Below are positions 56,108-64,000 of a stretch of DNA of 64,000 nt, piece after piece. The notes under the pieces are model-generated. The model searched no databases, was not told the DNA's origin, and saw only the letters and a list, made by a program, of their open reading frames with translations. The stretch is taken from the NCBI GenBank assembly GCA_964016885.1, contig OZ024742.1:317874001-317938000 (forward strand), given 5' to 3'. The stretch's first letter is position 1, and each line of letters begins with the position of its first letter. The stretch is from Eledone cirrhosa. Its lineage: Eukaryota. Made by a program: the position numbers and the translations under genes.

Positions 56108-57960
56108 ATTATGATTTCTTTATTGGTCAGAAGATATAGGACACAATACAAAAAGCTGGGACAGTAGGGTTTACATAAAATATAGCAAATAACGATAAAC
56201 AATACAATTATAACAACAAATATTCCCCAATTGGGACGAGCACCGCCCAGGGGTGTCTCAAGAACTCCACCAATCTCAACCGACCCTACTCTCCAAATTA
56301 GCCAACCTACTGGCTCATGGCCAGAGTAGGCCCATTCACACGGGCCACCCTCGTTACATTCACCCACCTTTTAACAAATGTTCTGGTTGTCGGGCGGGGC
56401 AGCACTTCCCTACCCACCCACACCTTCCTTTCCAAGTGAAATTTGAAAAATCTGATGAGGGATTGGCCGAAGAGTAAGGTGTCTGTCTTCAGTCCTTTCA
56501 ACCTCATCCAGCATACAACCTCTTTCGGTACAGTCACCAGACAGAGGAAAACTGCCTGCCCTTCCCGACCAAAGAAGGAGGCGGGGCGATCTTCGTGATG
56601 GACTTGGTCGCTAGCCGGATCTATCCTACACGCGATAACAGCTGTTCGACATAACTCCACAAGTCAGTAATGCACGGACACTAGACAGGTGCTTGCAGAA
56701 CGTTTTCGTCGTTCTGCATCATCTAGGGCGGGTCCGTCTGACTGCACTTCCGCGTCTGTAAACTTTGTCTTGAAACGGCAGTGACCCCCGGTAGCAAGGG
56801 ATTTGTGGAAGCTCTCCATAGTCCAAGGCTCGAAAGTTGTCCGGAATAGACTGGCCAATTCAATTTCGTCGACGCCCAGAGCCTCTACGAGAACGTTGTC
56901 GCACGTGCCCAGAACTAATCCTCTATAAAGCCCAGAGAAGAATTTCCAATGGATTTATTCTGAGATGGCATCAACATTTTTCTGGTTGGTTTGGATAAGG
57001 TTTTCTACCCCATCCCCGAACAGTTTTCCGTTTTGGTTTGGTAGATTTCGGAGACTTCTTTCGTTTTCCTCGATGTCTACAGTGACCGCAGCAATTAGCT
57101 AACGAACGGCTATTTCAGGTGGCACTTGTTGGGATTGTATTCTTTCCAATCTCTGGTCACAATAATAAGGGACAAGAAGAATTTCTTCACTTTTTATGGG
57201 TTTAAGGAATGAGATCTTGCTTCCTCGTCTGTCATGAATCTCAACTCCACTGTGCCAATGCCCCTGCCCCTATGGATGTAAGTGTTTAGGTTCCATACAG
57301 AGCCTAAAGTCTGAATTGAAGTCTCTGTGACTCTCTCCACCTTTCTTGTTTATAATCTGATAACACAGAACGTCACCGTGCGATGTGCTTTATTTTAGAT
57401 GGTGTCAATAGAGGTGTTGAGGCTGACTTTATGGTCGGCTCTTTCCACCAGTCGCCAAGCCTGTGTTAGTTCTTCTTCAGGGTAAAATACCTTTTGGAAG
57501 ACGACTTTTGTAACACTATCACAAGATATCTTTTGGTTAGTGCTGTCATTTCTGGCTGGTTTGCCGGCTAGCTCGTTGTTGTTGCTGTTGTTGCAATTGT
57601 TGTTGTTGTTGTTGTACTTAGTAATATTATTGTTGTTTTTATTGTTATAGCTGTTGTGTTCGCTGCTATCACTGTTTTCGATGTTATAGCTGTTGTTGTT
57701 TTCGTTGCTGCTGTTGCTGTTATCGCTGTTTCTAGTGTTACAGCTGTTGCTGATGTTGCTGTTGTTCGTGTTATTGTTTCTATTCAAGAAATCTTCGTTA
57801 TTCAAATTTATATCGTTAGAAATAACGTTATTTCCATGATTTTCTCTCTCCACTTTGTTTGATGTCTGACAGACGCTGTCATCTACAAACATTTTTCCCT
57901 TTGACTTCCACACCTCTTCGCGATGTAGTATCCCTCATCTCTCTCTCTCCCACACACGCA
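56108..57960 (-). mobile_element. Diverged, internally deleted Tx1-like LINE ending at (TTC)n
   Basis: KEVVCWMRLKGLKTD..FVKRWVNV..RVNGP homologous to other copies; Asn-rich ORF1 remnant 57395-57913. Confidence 0.7.
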
Positions 57961-59899
57961 CACACGCGCGTGTGCGCTCTTTCTCTGTTCAAGGTATCCA
58001 TGTTAATAAACTGGACTGCGGCAAAATGTCAATGTTCAAAATGTGTTAATGTCTATTACAATCTCATGAAGAATTTCTTAAATGATTATAGATATTAATA
58101 AGTCTCATATAAAGAAGCAACAAAAAAAACAGGTAATCTTTTCACTCCAACAAAGATCACATCTTCCCCGCATTACTGTCTGCAGATTCTTCTATAAGTA
58201 TTAATATAGGTTTTGTGTATTTCAATTTGTCTTTCGGAGATATGATGTAGATCCATTGTATAACTGAAACAGAAAAACAAAGAAGCAGTTTATATTAGGC
58301 TTGCTTGAGGCTAAGAGCATTACTATCCTTAATTTAGAAATAATTGATTCTACGTTTGGCACAAGGCCAGCAATTACCCCAGTGCATTGCTGGTACTTTA
58401 TTTTATTGACCCGTAAGGATGAAAGGCAAAGTTAACCTCGGCGGGATTTGAACTCAGAACGTAAAGGGTCATAACTCTATACTGCAAAACTTGGTGTCTG
58501 ACACTCTACCGATACTGCCAATGATTCCTAGTTTGAATCCAGCTGTGTTCTATGTCATTTAGAAATAAGACATCTGATATCATATTCCCATGTTGTGTAA
58601 TGTGCTGTAGATATAAATATATACACCACAAAACGTTTTATATCTAAAGTTAAGAATAATAGTCTCTACTTTAGGCACAAGGCCAGCAATTTGGAAGGGA
58701 GGGGAAAATCGATTAAATCGACCCCAGTGCATGACTGGTACTTTATTTTATCGACCCTGTAAGGATGAAAGACAAAGCTAACCCCCGTAGGATTTGAACT
58801 CAGACTGTAAAGGGACGTAACTCTATGCCGCGAAATTACGTTGTGTAATGTGGTGCGATATAAATGTATATACAAAAAAAAGTTTTATATCAAAAATTAA
58901 GAATAATAGTAAGAAAATACTAATCATATAAATATGAACACTTCTCGTATGAATGCTCAGGTGAGATAGTTTTATTATGTCAATCACGTCGCCACCAGTT
59001 ATCAATGAAAGGAGAAATAATAGGCATTGTCTATAATGAATTATTAGTAACTTCAGTTTGTGAACTGATCAAAAACATGAAGAGAACGAAAGGCTTAATT
59101 ATTTCAAAACCTACGTTCTCCAAGATGATACAACGGTAAAAATTATATAAAATGTATATGCTTGCTGAGACTTCGCTTCTTCTCAAGAGTACTCGTCATA
59201 TATTCCAAGATGAAAATCAGTTTATAAGAAAGGATTAGAGAATTATCAATTTGCCAAGCGAAGATATGGAAAATTTCAAAATACGATAAATTAGGCAGGT
59301 GTATAATCCAGCTAACTACATCTGTTCGGAGCCTGCTAAATAAGAATTATAACGGAACTGATAGAAAATGTTATATGAAGTTATGAAAAGATATGCATTT
59401 CAATACAAAAGATTTTATAAGCTTAATGGAATCCATTCTCGTGATTCAAATATTCTGAATTATGTTGATTTTCAATTTCAAGATAATAATTAACAGTACA
59501 TTATCGCTTTGTGGTATTATTATTTAATAATATAAAATCCCTCTATTTGTTCATACAATTCTATTCTAGGCATAATTGCAGCCATAGAAAGGAAGTTTGT
59601 GAGTGGTACACTGGCAATAGTTATTAACTGCAAAGTGTGTGTGTGTGTGTGGTTTCAAAGGCAAGTGTTTGCAATTGAAAATTTACGGCTTCAGATTTAT
59701 TTATATTCTCAACAAATTGCCTTTACAGTTGGTAAAGGAACTGAAACAGCTATAGTCTACATGCATGACGTTCATTTATTAACAATTTAAATATAGTTTA
59801 TTGAAGATTGATTTCCGTAACTCCTTTAATTGCATGAATAGCCATATCTCTCTCGCAGAAGGCGACAGAAATTGGTTATGACATTTATTTGTGCTGTCT

Positions 59900-59973
<74 letters not shown>

Positions 59974-60069
59974 CTCTCTTTCCTTCTCTATTTATACACA
60001 TAAATATATATATATATGTATTTCTACCTCTTTCAGGCCTTCTTTCTCCCACTCCTTCCCTCCTTCTTC

Positions 60070-60125
<56 letters not shown>

Positions 60126-60229
60126 ATTTCTTCTCCCCTCTTTCTTTCCTTCTCCATCTCTCTCTCACTCTCTATTCCCCTCTTTCTTCCCTTCTCCCTC
60201 TCTCTACTCCCCTCCTTCTTCCCGTCTCT

Positions 60230-60260
<31 letters not shown>

Positions 60261-60863
60261 AACATGTATCTATTGATCTTTGTCTGTCTCTGTTCTATTA
60301 TTATTCTTATGCAACAAAATGATATAAAGAGAGTCGTTGGTTGTTGACAGTCAACAGCTTTGAAGACACATTTAATGGAATCAGAGAAGATACCAAAATA
60401 AAATATTGATTTCTTTCATTTACAGAAGAGTAGAGATTAATTTTTCAGATAAACTGGTACTGAACGACATCTGTTCATTTCCAAAGAATAGTTGCGATGT
60501 ACATGAAGTAGAAGAAATCCAACTGAGGACCGAAACCGTCTAGCACAATAAGCTCATCGGGGCATTACCGGTATTCAATAAATTAGAACCAGTAATATAA
60601 TTATTTCTACTATAGGCACAAGGACAGTAATTTGGGGAGAAGGGAAAGTCGATTGAATCAACCCCAGTACATTACTGGTACTTTATTTTATCGACTCCGT
60701 AAAGATGAAAGACAAAGTTAACCTCGGCGGGATTTGAACTCAGATCGTAACTCTATGCTGCAAAGCATGGTGTCCTACTCTCTACCGATACTGCCAATCC
60801 ACCGCCCTTTAGAACCAGCAATATAATAAAAGCCGTGTGTATTTGTCCGTCACACACTGGAGA

Positions 60864-62768
60864 TGACTGACGAAGGAAGGGGTGATTACGGCGACTGAGG
60901 TAGGAAGGGTGATTACATCGACTGAGGTAGGAAAGGATGATTACGTCGACTAAGGCAGGAAAGGATGATTACGTCGACTGAGGTAGGAAGGGTGATTACA
61001 TCGACTGAGGTAGGAAAGGATGATTACGTCGACTGAGGCAGGAAAGGATGATTACGTCGACTGACGCAGGAAGGGTGATTACGTCGACTGAGGCAGGAAG
61101 GGTGATTACGTCGACTGAGGTAGGAAAGGATAAGAATGTCGACTGAGACAGGAAAGGATGATTACGTCGACTGAGGCAGGAAGGGTGATTACGTCGACTG
61201 AGGTAGGAAAGGATAAGAATGTCGACTGAGACAGGAAAGGATGATTACGTCGACTGAGGTAGGAAGGGGTGATTACGTCGACTGAGGCAGGAAAGGATAA
61301 GAACGTCGACTGAGGCAGGAAAGGATGATTACGTCGACTGGGGCAGGAAGGGGTGATTACGTCGACTGAGGCAGGGAAGGATGATTACATCGACTGAGGT
61401 AGGAAGGGGTGATTACGTCGACTGAGGCATGAAAGGATAAGAACGTCGACTGAGGCAGGAAGGGTGATTACGTCGACTGAGGCAGGAAAGGATAAGAACG
61501 TCGACTGAGGCAGGAAAGGATGATACGTCGACTGAGGCAGGAAAGGATGATTACGTCGACTGAGGCAGGAAAGGATAAGAACGTCGACTGAGGCAGGAAA
61601 GGATGATTACGTCGACTGAGGCAGGAAGGGTGATTACGTCGACTGGGGCAGGAAGGGTGATTACGTCGACTGAGGTAGGTAGGGGTGATTACGTCGACTG
61701 GGGCAGGAAAGGATAAGAACGTCGACTGAGGCAGGAAGGGTGATTACGTCGACTGGGGCAGGAAAGGATAAGAACGTCGACTGAGGCAGGAAAGGATGAT
61801 TACGTCGACTGAGGCAGGAAAGGATAAGAACGTCGACTGAGGCAGGAAAGGATGATTACGTCGACTGAGGCAGGAAGGGTGATTACGTCGACTGGGGCAA
61901 GAAGGGGTGATTACGTCGACTGAGGCAGGAAAGGATGATTACGTCGACTGAGGCAGGAAGGGTGATTACGTCGACTGGGGCAAGAAGGGGTGATTATGTC
62001 GACTGAGGTAGGAAAGGATGATTACGTCGACGGGGGCAGGAAGGGTGATTACGTCGACTGAGGCAGGAAGGGGTGATTACGTCGACTGAGGTAGGAAAGG
62101 ATAAGAATGTCGACTGGGGCAGGAAAGGATGATTACGTCGACTGAGGCAGGAAGGGGTGATTACGTCGACTGGGGCAGGAAGGGTGATTACGTCGACTGA
62201 GGTAGGAAAGGATGATTACGTCGACTGAGGCAGGAAAGGATGATTACGTCGACTGGGGCAGGAAGGGGTGATTACGTCGACTGGGGCAGGAAGGGTGATT
62301 ACGTCGACTGAGGCAGGAAAGGATGATTACGTCGACTGGGGCAGGAAGGGGTGATTACGTCGACTGGGGCAGGAAGGGTGATTACGTCGACTGGGGCAGG
62401 AAGGGTGATTACGTCGACTGAGGCAGGAAGGGGTGATTACGTCGACTGACGCAGGAAGGGTGATTACGTCGACTGAGGCAGGAAGGGTGATTACGTCGAC
62501 TGAGGCAGGAAGGGGTGATTACGTTGATTGAGGCAAGAAGGGGTGATTACGTCGACTGAGGCAGGAAGGGGTGATTACGTCGACTGAGGCAGGAAGGGGT
62601 GATTACGTTGATTGAGGCAAGAAGGGGTGATTACGTCGACAGACGAAGGAAGGAGTGATTACGTCTACTGAGGCAGGTAGTGGTGATGACGTCGCCTGAG
62701 GCAGGAAAGGGTGATTACATCCACTGAGGCAGGAAGGGGGATGACCTCGACTGAGGAAGGAAGGGGTG
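60864..62768. repeat. Minisatellite, 25-26-bp unit GATTACGTCGACTGAGGCAGGAAGGG(G)T
   Basis: ~73 units with recurrent variants (AAGGAT/AGGGT, GATTAC/AAGAAC, GAGG/GGGG); degenerate ends. Confidence 0.95.
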
Positions 62769-62846
62769 GCAGCGTTTAACATTCGTTCCATCTGTGTGTG
62801 TATATATGTATAGCGAATTGACTATACACATTGGCTTTTATGATTA

Positions 62847-62877
<31 letters not shown>

Positions 62878-62890
62878 GTGTGTGTGTGTG

Positions 62891-63004
<114 letters not shown>

Positions 63005-63671
63005 ATATTTATATATAATAGTGTGTGAGTGTATATATGTTTGTGTGTGTTTATTTAGAAAGATACATAGACAATAGAATTACAAACACACACGAATCTA
63101 CACATACATATATATATACAGACACATTTAGAAAAAATAATTATTACATCCACACAAATCTATGTCATGTGAGAAACTATAGAAGTCCAGCTTTCTAAGA
63201 TTCGTCACAGCTGTGAGTTTGTTTGCTTGTATCACTTGTGTGAGTAAACACGAAGCAACCAACCAACAAACAAACATTTCTTTTTTATATTATGTATAGA
63301 TATTATAATTAACCGTCATTTTTTACGGCACAGGGCCAGCTAGTGCGAATTAATTTTCTCATGTTACATTTCCGATCATTTCAAACGTGGTGAATGGTTC
63401 AATTATATAATTTCTTGACATAAAGCTGTTTACAACCCGATTTTTGAAGTAACATCAACTACATGAAATAAGGGACTCCGAATTGAAGTTGTTGGGGCGT
63501 TGGATAGAATGCTTTGCTGTATTTTTTCTGACTCTGCTCTGAGTTTAAACACCATCGATGTCAACGTTGCCATCACTCTTTCTATCTATCTATCTGTCGA
63601 TCTATCTAGCTTGTCTCTCTTTCTCTCTCATCATTCTCCATCTATCTATATCTATGTTTATGTATATAGTA

Positions 63672-63771
<100 letters not shown>

Positions 63772-64000
63772 TTCTTTCTCTCTCTCTGGAAGAAATTGGC
63801 TGTAGTCAAACCTGAGGAGGAATACGGACTGCCAAATTTAAAATAACCCTGTCCATGGCGGCGCCCCTACAACTCGGATAGGAGTTAAGTGCTCTGCGAT
63901 TAGTGATCATTTTTTTGCTTCATTGTTTCCTCCAAAATGTCTTCAATATTGAATAAAGACCTCCATCGGTTGCGACAATGGTTATCCCATTTGTTCGTCC

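Noticed and set aside
55765-56367. Poly-Ser / poly-Glu proteins
   Set aside because: (GAA)n tract plus LINE 3' UTR
59000-59480. Possible decayed transposon coding sequence
   Set aside because: Multiple stops and no motif I can name with confidence
60519-60543. CTGAGGA-CC-GAAA-CCGTC
   Set aside because: No convincing helix I or II and no element context; chance match likely
60864-62768. CRISPR-like array
   Set aside because: Units are contiguous with no unique spacers, no cas genes, eukaryotic context

Overview
Eukaryotic, repeat-saturated window with no convincing host gene. The microsatellite load and SINE types suggest an octopus/cephalopod genome (inference). Almost all long ORFs in the track are artefacts of (TA)n/(GA)n/(CA)n tracts. 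Real coding remnants are retroelement-derived: Penelope-like elements (PLEs; RT plus GIY-YIG) of at least three types, one near full-length Tx1/L1-clade LINE with three truncated relatives, and R4/Dong-like and CR1-like scraps. Two hAT MITEs, tRNA-derived SINEs and a ~26-bp minisatellite are also present. The main result is a hidden hammerhead-ribozyme (HHR) system. Two apparently homogeneous tandem arrays (310-bp units at 1293-4396, folded into a palindrome; 311-bp units at 51788-53764) carry one type I HHR per unit, 16 copies in total. They look like non-LTR retrozymes, i.e. rolling-circle cDNA of a small circular RNA. About a dozen further HHR or HHR-like motifs lie in PLE 3' ends and short non-coding elements. 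Most have a palindromic helix III, some use a U3-A8 core, and nearly all sit in (TA)n tracts. Many share an inverted two-ended architecture with one long (tailed) and one short terminus. All alignments and folds were done by eye, so boundaries may be off by a few bases and no activity has been tested.
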